A stretch of 64,000 nt of DNA, from positions 31,682,001 to 31,746,000 of the forward strand of contig JBMRGM010000043.1 in the NCBI GenBank assembly GCA_052327205.1, given 5' to 3'. The notes beneath the pieces are model-generated. The model saw only the letters and a list, made by a program, of their open reading frames with translations. It was not told the origin of the DNA and ran no database searches. Origin of the DNA: Somniosus microcephalus (taxonomy: Eukaryota). Positions 26,041 to 39,186 of the stretch are shown piece by piece. Both the position numbers and the translations under genes were made by a program. How positions within the stretch are numbered: the first letter of the stretch is position 1; every line of letters begins with the position of its first letter.

Positions 26041-26720
26041 AGGCAGGCACCAATAGGACAGATTAGGTTCCAGTCATAAATTGTATCAGTAAAATAGTCC
26101 AGGTACTAACCATAGACCTGTATCATTAGGACAGTGTAATTGATAAACATAGGCCTGTATGAGTAGGAAATAAAGTTTGAAAAATGTGCCGATACCAAAA
26201 GGACAGTATAGTTACAAATCAAAAACCTGCAGCAATAGGACAACATAAACAGTCATCAAAATACCTCAGCCAGTATGACAGATAAGGTATTAATCATAGG
26301 CCTGCATCAATAGGACGGTATAGATAGATAATGATTAGAGACATGCAGCAGTCGGACACTGCAGGCATTAATCATAGACCTGTATCAGAAGGACTGTGAA
26401 TGTACTGAGCATTGACCAGCACCAGTAGGGCTATATATGTTGTAATTACTAACTGCATGAGTAGTAAATTAAAAGTTCCTTATCTAGTGCCTCTGTGTCG
26501 CATCCAGTTCTAGACCAACACCAATAGAACTGTGGAGATTCTAAATAGATTTCACTGCAGTAGTATAGAGTTGGTATTTATCGGCGATCTGGGCAATGGG
26601 GACAGTATAGCTACTAAAAGCTGACCTGTACTAGTGGTGGAGTCAAGTACTGATGACATACATTCTGCAGTGGGAGAGTCGAGGCAGCAAAAATAGACCT
26701 GCACCAGTAGGTGAAACCTA
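26041..26720. repeat. Degenerate minisatellite, unit about 37 bp
   Basis: Recurrent catagacctg(c/t)a(c/t)cagtaggacag-like core at about 37-nt spacing. Confidence 0.75.
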
Positions 26721-26836
26721 GAGAGAGCTCCAGAGAGGAACAGAACTATGCGGCTCAAGGAGTCGCCCCATATAATCCTGGTTTTAGGCTTCATTAATTT
26801 GAGTCGAATCACCTAGTTGCTAAACATTACTGACTG

Positions 26837-29700
26837 GATTAAACTCTCGGGACTTAAATGGTTAATTATGCCAGGGTGCAACAGTTTCAGTGGTCTGATG
26901 TTTCACTGGTATTAGCACTTCGCCTCCGTTCCCCCTCTACAGATGTACCAGGCCACACACACAGAGCTGGGGTGACCACTTCCCTAAGCCCTTGAAAAAA
27001 ACAAGCCTTCAAACTGGGGCCACAGAGCAGGCCAGTTTCTCTTTTAACGTTATAAACTGCGGTTAGAATAAATCATATTGAAAACAGTTTCAAGCGATGA
27101 CTCCGGCCTGGAATCCAACTGTTCTCTTCTGATAAAAATTAATTTTAAAACTGACAGGGCTCAGTTAACTTTTCAGCGTTAGGTTGGATTCGTCACCGTG
27201 TACGGTTTAATTTCCTCTTGTCTCAAATGTGGTCAGAAGTCAAAGTGATCTCAGTGTGCAGTCGCCTGGTGCATGGACAGTGAGCCCCACAGCTGCAGAC
27301 TGCTGTCGGGGCACTCGCTCCAGCCGCTGTCTCCTCATTCCCCATAAGTACAGACTCGGGATCTGCGTGTGCGGGCGTTTGGTACTGAAGAATTAGCACA
27401 GAGTCAGCGGCTGAATGTGATTCTATGATCTCACTTTTCAGGTGAACAGAACTGAAAACAGCTGATCCGAAGCTCGCGTCTTCACAGAGGGAGGTGGACT
27501 GCTGCTCAGGTCCCCCGCATTCGAAATGAAGCACATCTGTCGCCTTCGGATCTTCTGTAGGTGAATCTCAAATATATCCAGTGCCTTTGAAAATCAACGC
27601 CACTCACCCCTGACCGTTAATCAGGTTAATAAGACTCATCCCGTGAGAGGGATCATCACACTAAATTAATATTCAGAGTTTATTAAGTTCAAACATTCAA
27701 TTATACTGCATTGAAATGTCATTTCCATGCTTCAGTTTTAATCAGAATTTAGTGGAACAACAGAAATAAATTTGATTAGTCAGGCTAACAGGATCTTTCT
27801 GCTCATCTAAGGTTGCAGCCGACTTTAGACACATCTAAACGGTCCAATATTTATTATTTTACCAATTATTTAGCCTCACCTGCAGAAACTGCTTGCACTT
27901 TTCTTATTGTTGTCGTTTTGTTAATTAAAAAAAAAAATTCATGCGCTTCATATCAAGTTTCAGCGTTGGCTCAGTTGACTCACTCTTACAAATTGCTATT
28001 AATACATGCGGTGAGATTTACAGTGTGTGGGTTCTGTGGGTAGATGATAAACTTGGTGCATGTCATTGCTTGATGATTTCGAGTGCGGCAGGCACGCTTC
28101 TTGTTAACAACTGCCACAGAGAGAGAGAGAAAGAGAGAGAGGGGGAGAGAGGCGGAGCGGGAGAGGGAGTCAGAGCGAGATACAATCAGATAGGGACAGA
28201 GAGAGACAGATAGACAGAGATTGTAAGAAAGTAACAATGAAGCTGTCCACGAAGGAGAGTGACAGAGAGAGGGAGAGAGGGCAGGAGTTTTTTTTTCAAC
28301 TCAGTTTTGCAGATTCACTATATGAAGGGCTTATTTTATTTTCTGTTGTGAGGGAGAAAATACACATTAACGGGACGACATCCCTTGAGTTAATAAAGCT
28401 GAGGAGAACAAATTTACTATGATTTTACTTGACCTAAACTGACGGCTTAAGGGTGTTTGGCAGGGAATTTTAAAATGCTGGATCTTTAAAATTAATTTCT
28501 GATGCTGTTTACTGGAATTTAGACAGAAGTGACTCTTTATGGTTACAGGACATTGAGGCTGCCTTCCTGTGAGATGCTGACGTCAGCGCTCTATTGGCTT
28601 GTTAACCACTGGATCACAAGCCCAGCAAACAGGAAAAAACAACAGGGTTTGCATCTTTAATGTACCATCGACTCTTTCGCCAGAATCTCATCTATTTTAA
28701 CAACTTGACATTAGTTGTGGGACCATGTTGGTCACAGCTAGTTCCACAGATTAATGAGGTAGAGCTTAAAATATGTGGTTAATCTCAAATTGTTCTTGAG
28801 CTTATAATAAGCCACATGAGTTATGTGTTGCACTGCACGTAAAACCCACTTTTTGGAAAGAATTGTCCTAACTGAATGCTTCAATCATTCACCCTATTGA
28901 ATCCTAGCTTGACAAGTCCCAGGTTCGACATGTTGAACAATGAAATACAGACACATCTGCATTGACCATTGACCATTTTGCAATTATTTTTGCAAAGTTT
29001 GCAGCAACAGGCATTGCCTTAGTAGTGTGATTCCTGTGGTCTGAGGCCGACAAAAGCTTTCTGCTGCTTTCTGCTTCTAGCTGCTGGGTCATGTACTGTC
29101 TTCACGAGTATCAGTTGCAACCAAGTCAATACTTGTAATTCTGATTCAGTTAAAGATGAGTTAACTGATAATAGGAACATAACAACAGGAGTAGGTCATT
29201 CAGCCCTTCGAGGCTGCTCTGTCATTCAACTATATCATGGTTAATCTGTACCTCCACTCCAATTACCCCACCTTGCTCAATATCCAATGTTACTCTTCCT
29301 CAACTAGTGTCAGCCGTGGCTCAGTGTATAGCATTCTCGCCTCTGAGTCAGAAGGTTCGTCCATTCCGGTCCCACAACAGGGACTTGAGCACAATCAACT
29401 AAGCTGACACTCCAGTGCAGTGCTGAGGGAGTGCTGCAATGTCGGATTTGCCGCCTTTCGGAGGAGACGCTAAAGTGAGGCCCCGTCAGGGGAGTTATCC
29501 CAGGTGCCCTGGCCAATATTTCACCCTCAATCACCTAACAAAAACAGATAATCCTGTCATTATCAACATCACTGTGTGGAAATTGACAGCTACGTTTCCT
29601 ACAGTGACTGCACTTCAAAGGTACTCCATTGGCTGCAAAGCGCATTGTGAAGCCCTGAGGTAGTGAACGGCGCTATAGGAATGCAAGGCCTTTTTTCGTT
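26837..29700 (+). pseudogene. Orphan copy 2 of the gene B 5' module
   Basis: Aligns to 20896-24610 with deletions; candidate leader 27941-28010 (MRFISSFSVGSVDSLLQIAINTC, G|gtgaga); ends at the SINE, no mini-exon. Confidence 0.72.
29309..29695 (+). mobile_element. Deu-domain SINE (copy in module 2)
   Basis: Same element and position as 24220-24610. Confidence 0.8.
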
Positions 29701-31021
29701 GTCTGCAATGAGATGGGTAAACTTATCTAGAGTCAAAAAATTAATGTTAAAATTTAATTAGAATATTTGTTCTGGTAGAGCAAAGTTAACGGTTACCTGG
29801 AGTGAGTCGGATAGGCGGAATAGATTGGGCAGCTCAAGCAGATACACTGGATAAGCCTGTGTTTAGAATTTATTTTAAAATTGCAAGAGCTCATTTCACT
29901 TTTCAGCGTTAGGTTGGAATCATCATCACGTTAAGTTTAAGTTCCCCTTTTCTCCAATTTGGTCAGAAGTCATAGTGATCTCAGTGCGCAGTCGCGTGGA
30001 GCATGGCCAGTGAGCTCCACAGCTGCAGACTGCTCCTGGGGACCTCGCTCCAGCCGCTGTCTCCTCATTCCCCGCAAGTACAGACTCGGGATCTGCGCGT
30101 GCGGGCGTTTGGTACTGAAGAAGTAGAACAGTGTCAGCGGCTTATTGTGGGCGGGTACATTTGTTGGGTGCAGGAGTGGGAAGCGGAGCCATGCGCTTGG
30201 GAATAGGTTGCTCTGTGTTTGATGGATTCGATCTGTTCAGGCTCTCTGTGGAAATGTTAACCCAAATCTGAATAAATAGAGGCTGCATTGAAATAAACAG
30301 AATTATGATCCATGAGTTTTAAAAATTGGCTTGGCTCTCTTAAAGGCGAGCGACTGTCTGCAAAGTGGAAAAATGCAATGTTGGGGAATGGCAGGGGAGT
30401 GGGAACAATTAGCAAGTTCTTTCGAAGAACCGGCACAGGCATCATGGCCGAATGGCCTCCTTCTGTGCTGTATGATTTTTAATTTCACTTTCCAGATAAA
30501 AGGAACTGAAAACAGCTGATACGAAGGGAGCCTTTTCACAGAGGGAAAGGAGCTTCTGCTTGGAGCCCCCGCTTTCGAAATGAAGCACATCTGTAGCCTT
30601 CTGATTTTCTGTAAGTGATTCTCAAATATTGCCAGTGCCTTTGAAAATCTGCGTCACTCACCCCGGACCCACAATCAGAATAATAAGGCTCATTCTGTAA
30701 AAGTCAGCGACGCACTAAATTGATATTGACAGTTTCTGAAAGGAAGACATTCATTTAAAATGCGTTGAAATGTCATTTTCTATGTTTCTGTTTTAATCAG
30801 AATTTAGTGCAACAACAGACCTAAGTTTGATTATTCAAGGTAACAGGATCTTTCCGCTCATCTAAGAGATCACTTTTGCTATAACAGGTTGCAGCTCAAT
30901 AGGATTGCTTCTAAACAGCCTAATATTTTTTAATTTACCAATTATTTAGCCTCACCTGCAGAAACTGCTTTCAAATTTCTAATTCTTGTAGTTTTGTTTA
31001 TAAGTAGGAATTAACATTTTT

Positions 31022-31091
31022 ATGCAATTCATACCAAGTGTCAGCGTTGTCCCAGTTGTTTCAATCTTACTAAATGCTATTAATAAATGCG
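31022..31091 (+). CDS. Candidate leader exon 1 of gene B (MQFIPSVSVVPVVSILLNAINKC)
   Basis: ATG, hydrophobic core, phase-1 donor G|gtgagc compatible with the 30-nt mini-exon; only moderately signal-like. Confidence 0.4.
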
Positions 31092-32190
31092 GTGAGCTTT
31101 GCTGTGCTTGGTCTCTGTGGCTAGCTGTTAATCTTGGTCTGTATCATTGCTTCATGATTTTGTGTGGCCCAGGCTGGCTTCTTGTTTAACATCTGCTATA
31201 GGGAGACAGGGAGATAGATGCATTTAAAGAGAGGGAGAAACTTTCACACATACACACACACACAGCTAACAAAAAATGTGGAGAGAGACCGAGGCAGAGA
31301 TAGAGTCAAAGAGAGAGAGAGCAAAAGTGAGAGAAAGAGATGGAGTCAATGTGTCAGAGTGAAAGTGGAAGATTAACACACGAGAGAGACAGAGTCAAAG
31401 AGATACAGCAAGTCATAGACACACATGACTGGGAGAGACACACAAAAAGAGGCAGAGAGAGAGAAAATGAGGGAGAGACAAGGAGGTGCAGACTCAGAGT
31501 GAGAGAGACATAGATTGAATGAAACAACATGCAGTGACACTGATAGTCAATGAGAGAGAGAGCGTCAAATTGACAGACAGAGCAACTGAGAGTGACATTC
31601 AGAAAGTGAGACTGACATAAGGTAGGTCAGAGAGAGGGTGAGGCCGAGGGATCTACGGGCAAACAGATGAAGACTGGCAAAGTTTGAAAGAGAGAGATTG
31701 AGTCAGCGAGGGAGAGACAGAGAGAGCGAGAAACAGACAAACAGAAGGCAAACATTCAGAGAGGCGGTGGGCTAAAGTTTTCGTGAGAGAAAGCGAGAGA
31801 GAGCGAAAGAGAGATATGCAGTGCGAGAGACACACAGATAGCGACATAGCGAGACAGAGATAGAGCATTAGGATTTTTTTCAATGCAGCAATATAATTAT
31901 ATTTTTTTAATTCCTGGTGTAAGGGAGAACAAAATACAGCAATGTGCTAACCGGGCACCATTTTGAATTTCAGGCTCATTTAATATCTGCTGCCTAACCT
32001 GGAGTTAACAAAGCTGAAGAGATAACATTTACTTTGATTTAACTTGACCTAAACTGGCGGCTTCAAGGATTATGGCAGCGAACTTTATAATTGTGGATCT
32101 TTAATATTAATGTCTGATGCAATTTACTTGAATTTAGACAGAAGTGACTGATTATGGTCAAATGCCATTGAAACTGACTTGCTGTGAGAT

Positions 32191-32270
32191 GCTGACGTCA
32201 GCACTCTATTGTCTTGTTAACCACTGGACCACAAGAGCAGAAAACAGGAACAAACAACAGGGTTTGCATC
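32191..32270 (+). promoter_or_regulatory. Candidate leukocyte cis-regulatory cluster
   Basis: TGACGTCA (CRE, 32193-32200), ACCACA (RUNX, 32228-32233), AAACAGGAA (ETS-like), TTTGCAT (octamer-like) within 80 bp. Confidence 0.4.
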
Positions 32271-32869
32271 TTTAGTGTACCACCGACTCTTTCACCATAA
32301 TCTCAACTATTTTAATAACATGCCATTAGTTGTGGGACCATGGTAGCCACAGCTAGTTCCACAGCTTAATGCGCTAATTCTTAAATGATAATTAGTAATT
32401 CGTAACCTGTTTGTTCTTGAGCTTATAATCACCCCCATGTTTCATTTGTTGCACAGCACATAACACCCACCTTGTGAAAATAATTGGCCAAATTGAATAC
32501 TTGAAACATTCACCCTATTGAATCCAAACTGGACAGAAGGCCCAGGTTTTACATGTTAAACAATGACATACAGAGACATCTGAATTGATCATTGAACCAG
32601 CATCAGATATTGCCTAATTAGTGTGATTCCTCTGGTCTGAGGCGTGAAAAAATCTTCCTGCAGCCAGCTGCTTGATCATGTACTGTCTTCACGAGCAACA
32701 TTTGCAACCCAGTCATAACTTGACATGCTGATTAGGATAAAGATGTTTTAAATTATGATGGAAACATATGAAAACGAGTAGCCCATTCAGCCCTTCGAGG
32801 CTGCTCTGTTATTGAATTATATCACGGTTGAACTGTACCTCTACTCCAATGACCCCCCTTTGCTCATGT

Positions 32870-33210
32870 TCGTGGATTCAAGTCGCAGACCAAAGACTTG
32901 AGCACATAAATCTGGGATCAAATTCCAGTGCAGTGCTGTGGGAGTGCTGCACTTTCGGTGGTGCCGTGTTTCAGATGATACGTTAATGCGAGGCCCCTTC
33001 GGGGAGATTATCCCTGGAGCCCTGGGCAATATTTGTCCTTCAATCAACATAACAAAAACAGATTATCTGGTCATTATTATCAACACTGTGTGAAAATTGA
33101 CAGCTATGTTTCCTACAGTGACTACACTTCAAAAGTACACCATTGGCTGCAAAGCGCTTTGGGAAGTCCTGAGGTTGTGATAGGCGCTATAGAAATGCAC
33201 GTCTTTATTT
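32870..33210 (+). mobile_element. Deu-domain SINE, head deleted (module 3)
   Basis: Near-identical to 24270-24610. Confidence 0.78.
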
Positions 33211-33513
33211 TATTAACTAAAACCAATCTTGATCTCCATAATCAAAGTTCCAATTTATGCGCAGATTGCACAGCGTTCTTAGCGGATTGAGTTGCAATTT
33301 CTCACTACGCATTGTGTGAAAAGGTGCTTCTTCATTTCCATTTTAAATGGCCTATCACAAATTTTAAAGTAAAATTTCCTTCTCCATGACAGAGCAAACA
33401 CACTCAGTGGCTCTCGGAACAATGATTCATTTCAATCTTTGTCAGTTCCCTTTCATCTGGCAGCAACTTTTCCATGTAGTCCTCAGACCATTAGGATCTT
33501 CAAAAAAAACCTT

Positions 33514-34279
33514 GGCCCGTAAATTCGGTTCTCCACGGGTGAGCACGCATGGGGTACTCTCCCGTAAGCCCAATGGAAGTGCCGGTTTAGTGCAAGCACT
33601 TTGTATGCGGGGGAAACCGGCGCTTCTGTTCCCCCGAAAGAAGGGATTCAGAGGTTGACAGCGTGCACGGGAGAAGCTGCGCATGCGCATCCAAGTTACG
33701 TTTATTTTGCAGATTTTCCCAGGAGGGTATGTCTCCAGAAGTTACACGTTAAAAACCAGGTGTGAGGCCTGCTTTTTACAAGGTAAGTGCGGTGAATTAA
33801 CTAAAATTAAAAAAAAATTTCCTCAGGTTTATTATTTTAAAATACTTTAAAGCAAGGTAAGTTTATTTTTAAACCCGTTACAAAAGAAAATTATTTTTTT
33901 CAAAAATGTAAATTATTGTTTAAAATAGTTATTTCATGTAATTTATAGTTTATTTAAAAAACTGTGACGAATTTTTAAAATCATTTGAAGATTTAGTGAT
34001 GTTTTGGGGCCCGTAGTATTGATAAGTTTTGACAGCTCTTCCTGTCAAACTTATGAATGGGCATTCCCTGCTCCGATTGGCTCTCCATGGCGCACGTGAT
34101 CCGAGGGAATGCATTGAACTAACTGCGCCCTTGGGATACGCAAGCACTCTGCGCCGGCAGTTGGAGCATGCCCAGGATCGGAATTCCACGCGGGCCCACA
34201 GCTCAACGTCAGGCGCGCAAAGTAAGTGCAGGTCGGGGGCTTGCACCCGCGGGAAGCCCACGACCCGAATTTCTGGGCC
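33514..34279. mobile_element. MITE of about 766 bp with TIRs and 3-bp TSD
   Basis: TIRs ggcccgtaaattcgg / ccgaatttctgggcc, ctt on both sides, AT-rich centre; empty site near 24913. Confidence 0.85.
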
Positions 34280-34539
34280 CTTATCTTTGTTCGTGAGAGG
34301 GTCAATCGACATAATTCGATGTATTATTATTTACATTCACATCACCTGAACTGAATACCTGGCGGCATGTATAGACTGGCGGCAAATGCGGTACCGCCTA
34401 TTTTATGTCCCTGCCAAAGTCGAATTTCACCCCCTCGGTGTTCCCTCTATTCAGCTGCATTACAGCTTAGCAGCTTAGGTCAAACTTGAAGATGGTCTCA
34501 GATAATGAAACATATTTTACATTGTCTTCTCTCTTTCAG

Positions 34540-34569
34540 TGCAAATTACTCATCAGGCGACCACACAAG
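34540..34569 (+). CDS. Gene B leader mini-exon (30 nt; QITHQATTQ)
   Basis: tcttctctctttcag|TG CAA...CAA G|gtatga; phase 1-1; conserved copy at 25173-25202. Confidence 0.75.
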
Positions 34570-34894
34570 GTATGATGACAATAATGTCCATTCGGTTTGT
34601 GGAATGAACGCTTCCAATTTATAGCTAAAGGACAGTAACAATCCAACAATTGAGTAATTTTCAGTTGTTCACCCGAGCATAAAACTGACCTTCTGGATAC
34701 GCGAAGTTAATTGATTCAGTGGGAATGTAAAGTGGGCGGTTTCTCTCACGGTCGGCCAATCAGAACCGCAGTTTTAAGCCTCAGCACCAAATTTAATGTC
34801 GACCACAATATGTTAAAGACAAAGTGACCTATAAATTGGTCTGGGTAACTGCCAGCTCAGTCACCTGAGGATTGGCAGCGAGTAATAATAAATG

Positions 34895-35500
34895 AGTAAT
34901 TATATGGATTGATAAATAAACAGTTCTTTGATGAAGTAACAGCATGTGTTGATGAAATTAGTGCGTTAATGTTGTGTATAGGCTTTCAAAAAGCGCTTAA
35001 TGAAGTTCCACATAACAGGTTTGTTAGCAAAATTGAAATCCATGTGAATAAGGGGAAGTGGCAGTGTGGATAAGAAATGGACTGAGACAAATAGCAGAGA
35101 TTGGTTGTGAAGTGAATATTCAGTGGTGTCTCGCAGAGGTCTGTATTGGGACCTCTGTTCTGTCTGATAATTATATATCACTAGGACTTGGGTATACAGG
35201 GGTACAATTACAAACCTTGCAGAAGTCATGAAGCTCGGAAATGTAGCTAGCAATGCGAAAGATAGAAACAGACATCAGAAGGATAAAGACAGACTGGTGA
35301 AATGGGCAGACACATGGCTGATGCAAATGAATGCTGGAAATTGCAAAGGACATTTACTAAAAGTGTACCAGGGACACGGGATTTCAGTTGCATGGAGAAA
35401 CGAGAGCTGTTCTCCTTTGAGCACAGAAGTTTAAGGTGTGACTTGATAGAGGTGTTCAAAATCATGAAAGGTTTTGATACAGTAAATAAGGAGACACTGT
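34895..35500 (+). mobile_element. Old CR1 RT fragment
   Basis: Eroded DFQKAFDKVPH-like, DRLVKWADTWLM and DLIEVFKIMKGFD motifs. Confidence 0.8.
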
Positions 35501-35840
35501 TTAAATTTAAGTTAATTGATAGATTTAAAACGCCTACCGCCTGATACAGGGAGGCGATTGTGCCGCCCAAACATTGGTCCTTGTGAAAATGGTAGGGGGC
35601 AGAGTGTCGGCGTTAAATGGATGGTAAGTCTACCGACCCCATGTCGAGGCCGTTACCACCCGATTTCAGCAAGTTAATTTCACTTCATGAATAGAAATTT
35701 CGATCAATAGACACCCGATATGTCGCACCTGGTTGGGACACTGAGTAGAAATTACCCACTGTACTTACTACAGTGTATAGTGCAAAGACTGGAAGTTTCC
35801 AAATTTCTAATCATAAATTCCATTTATTGTCCTTCTGCAG

Positions 35841-36092
35841 CTCCTGGGCCGGAAGTGCTGGTTAGTTTTCCCAGCAGTGGTGTGGTAAAGGAAGGAGAGG
35901 AATTTAAGCTGCAGTGTAGATACAGTGGCAAAGCTACTTACACTAATTGGTTAAAAAATAATATACATTTCCATGAACCTCAGAGTGAGTTTTATGAATC
36001 ACTAGCAGACAGCAGCAGTGGAGGCTCTTACCAGTGTGATGTATGGTCAAACAAATCGGAGAGGAGTGAGGCTCTGGAAGTGGTCACAATCG
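35841..36092 (+). CDS. Gene B Ig exon 1 (D1-like)
   Basis: ctgcag|CT CCT GGG...ATC G|gtaggt; 252 nt; LQC..W..GSYQC. Confidence 0.9.
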
Positions 36093-37089
36093 GTAGGTGA
36101 ACTTTGACACTTAATAGCATAGAAAATAGACAAAAGACAGAATAAGAAGCATTCATATAGCGTCTATCACGACCTCCGATTGCACTGCACAGACAATTAA
36201 TTACTTTTCAATATAGTCACTGATGTAACGTGAGATAAGTGACAGCTAGTTCGGGCAGAGCAAAGCTCCCACAAAGAGCATTGTAATAATGACCAGATCA
36301 TTTTACACTTCTATGCTTGCTCTAATGATTGCTCTTTCAATTATTTTTGTTGGATTTTTGACGTCCATCTAAGTGGGGATATGGGGCCTCAGTATAATGT
36401 CTCATTGGAAAGGAACCGTTTCCTGCAATAACGACACCGGGAGTCTCTGGTGTGGGATTCGAACCAACGCCTTATTGTGGCAGAGGCGATTGAGCCACGC
36501 CTACTGTTGATTATTGGCTGCTGAGTCAATCCGCTGGAAGTGGCCACCATCAGTCGCTGAACTTTGACCCATAGTCAGCTCAGCTCTTGTCACGAAAATT
36601 TACTGTTTTAAAGAGGACTCTCAGTATATATTGTGAGACAGTGTATCAAACATATTACTTACTTGAGCAAAATTGCCAAGTGGACACTGGGATGAATGAT
36701 ACCATTCTGCCGCAACTCCCTTCAACCAGCTCTGCTCTAAATAGAACAATCCCAGCTCCTTAAGTCTCACCACACCCAATGAACAAATACCAGTCGTTCC
36801 TTGAGAGAGTGCCGAGTTTGTTGCTGATTTGTAGAATCGGGTTTCGAAGTAAAAGTTATTTGATGAACGTTTGAAGGACAACATACGGGGCATCAGCTGA
36901 ACATAAGAAGGGACACGTGACTTTCTAATGCCACATTTGTCTCTACAGCTTTTCGGGTTATAGGCCTGTTGTTCTTTACTGAAGTGATTACTATAGATGC
37001 ACTCTAATGGAAATATACTATAGGATGTCATACCTGTAGTTTAACATATTACAATTTGTACTTACTTAATATTTCTTACATATTTTCAG

Positions 37090-37350
37090 CTTCTGATATG
37101 ATTTTAACTCTTGAAGTAAAACCAAGAGCCACGCTGTCAGGTGAACGAATTATCCTGAATTGTTTGGTGTCTGACCAGAAAGGGAGAGGATACTTCCTGT
37201 GGTATCGGAAAGAAGAGATAATACATGGAAGTTCTCAATCTCAGTACATCATAACTAAAGCAGAAATTGCAGATGGGGCATCTTATCGGTGTGAATGCAA
37301 AATAGGCTACAGGAAGTGGGTCTCGCAGGAAGTAAATCTCACCGTAACAG
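37090..37350 (+). CDS. Gene B Ig exon 2 (D2a type)
   Basis: ttttcag|CT TCT GAT...ACA G|gttggt; 261 nt. Confidence 0.9.
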
Positions 37351-38931
37351 GTTGGTCGCTGGCTTTGCTGTTTTCCTCCCAAAGTTGCTGCTTGTTAATT
37401 TGCTGAAAGATAGAAAACGATGCGAAGAACATTCTTTGGCTGGACAATTTTTGTTTAAGTTGGTAAATATTTGCAATTACTGGGAAAACATTCCAAGCTG
37501 TGCATTGTAGGCAAGCTTCTGGGTCGCATGTGGCAAAATCAGACACTGCGTTAACTGTAAGGGCCCCATGAATCCGTAGGAGTGCATGTCTCCTTCTCGG
37601 TTGCTCCTGAGAATTATCGGGAAATGTCGTTGGAGTTCATCTGCATTTCATTTCCGTGCTCTCACGCTGCTGGGCGATTGCATGGGCATCCCCGTGCTCA
37701 TATCATTAGACCTGCATATGGGCTAGTAATAAGAGGGTGGTTAGAATGTGGAACTCGCTCCCACAGGGAGTAGTTGAGGGAACAGCAATTAAGGTGAAGC
37801 TAGATAATTACATGAGCGAGAAAGGAATTTAAGGATATCTTGATGGGGTAGATGATGAAGGCTGGGAAGAGACCCGTGTGGAAGATAAGCACCTGCATGG
37901 ACCTATTGGGCCGAATGGCCTGGCTCTCTGCTGTAAATACCGTGTACAATGTACTATGAGTCTGGAGGGATGTTTCTGGTCTTCCACAAAAGTTTCCTAT
38001 TCATTTACAATGGCGGACCCCAAGAGAGGAGGGCTCTTGAAGGACACTGGTGGTGGAGCTTTCGTCCGCTTAATCTGCCAACCAAAGTCTTTGTGAGGAT
38101 CCAAGGGCATCCTAAAGTGATAAAAAGGTAGGTAGTTATTTGAATTAAATTCTCACACCCCAAACTCCTGCCTGTCGATCGTAGGTATTGGAAGATTTTG
38201 AACTGCTAATTTGTGACTGCAACCAGAAAGCCCCATTTCAAAGTTAACATGAGTCTCCTGGCAGTGATCTCGGTCCTACTGATGTGTATGCAAACCAACG
38301 TAAGACCATCCCAACATAGGCGGATTTGATGCTAATGGATGGAAGATTGTAGCTGGTTCAGGCTTATAGCTGAGGCCTGGAATATTTGGGGCACTCTTTA
38401 CCTTATGTTGACAACGCATCTCTGGGACCTTGTGCCCACTGGCCGATTCAGAAGGCAAAATGAGCTGGATGCACTCCTTCCAGAATCTGGTGCTGTGGAT
38501 GGAATGCTCCTCAAAAAATCCGGCGTAATTTCCTTCTTTTGAAATCAAAAGTGTACATATACGGCGGGTTCAGAAAGCAATAAGTGATCCTTTGTGCCGG
38601 ATTTTCTATTCCCTTTTCTGCTTATGAGTTTCTTAACCGCCGTACCCAACATAGATTATTTTCAGTGTTCCAACCTAAGAGTAGCTGGGCCAAATGGGGG
38701 AAAGTGCTGCAGGAGGAGAGCAATATCAATAAACCCAAATTGGAACCATCAGTATATTCAACAGCAACTGTCCACTGCTTCCTTTCTGTTCTGTATTTGC
38801 CCCAGCCTGGATTGGATTTGGGATTGGGATTATATAACGTGTCCAATGTATTCGGGCTGTTGTCGAAGCAGTTCTTCGTTTGATTTAATCATTTGTTAAA
38901 CTAAACTACGAAATTTTGTTCCCAACATTAG

Positions 38932-39186
38932 ATCGCAATGTGGCCTTCCAGGTCGACCCACCTTCGGTTTTGGAAGGAGATGTTCTGAATCTGAATTGTC
39001 GGTACAGAAAATATTATTTGTGGAAAGATGTTGGCTTTTACAAAGGAAATAGAAGGATCCACTCAATGAAGTTGTATTATTGGAACGCTCTGCATAGCAT
39101 TAGGGTGAATAGTTCAAAAGACAGTGGATCATACCATTGTACTATTGACGAGAAAATTTCTCGAAGTGTTCATGTTCACGTTCACG
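38932..39186 (+). CDS. Gene B Ig exon 3 (FcR D2-like, D2b)
   Basis: attag|AT CGC AAT...CAC G|gtacgt; 255 nt; FQVDPPSVLEGDVLNLNC..FYKG..DSGSYHC. Confidence 0.9.

Noticed and set aside
26041-26720. CRISPR-like periodicity
   Set aside because: Eukaryotic context, degenerate units, no identical repeats with unique spacers.
30003-30206. ORF MASELHSCRLL... as first coding exon of gene B
   Set aside because: Not signal-peptide-like, no good phase-1 donor, and frame not conserved across the three copies.
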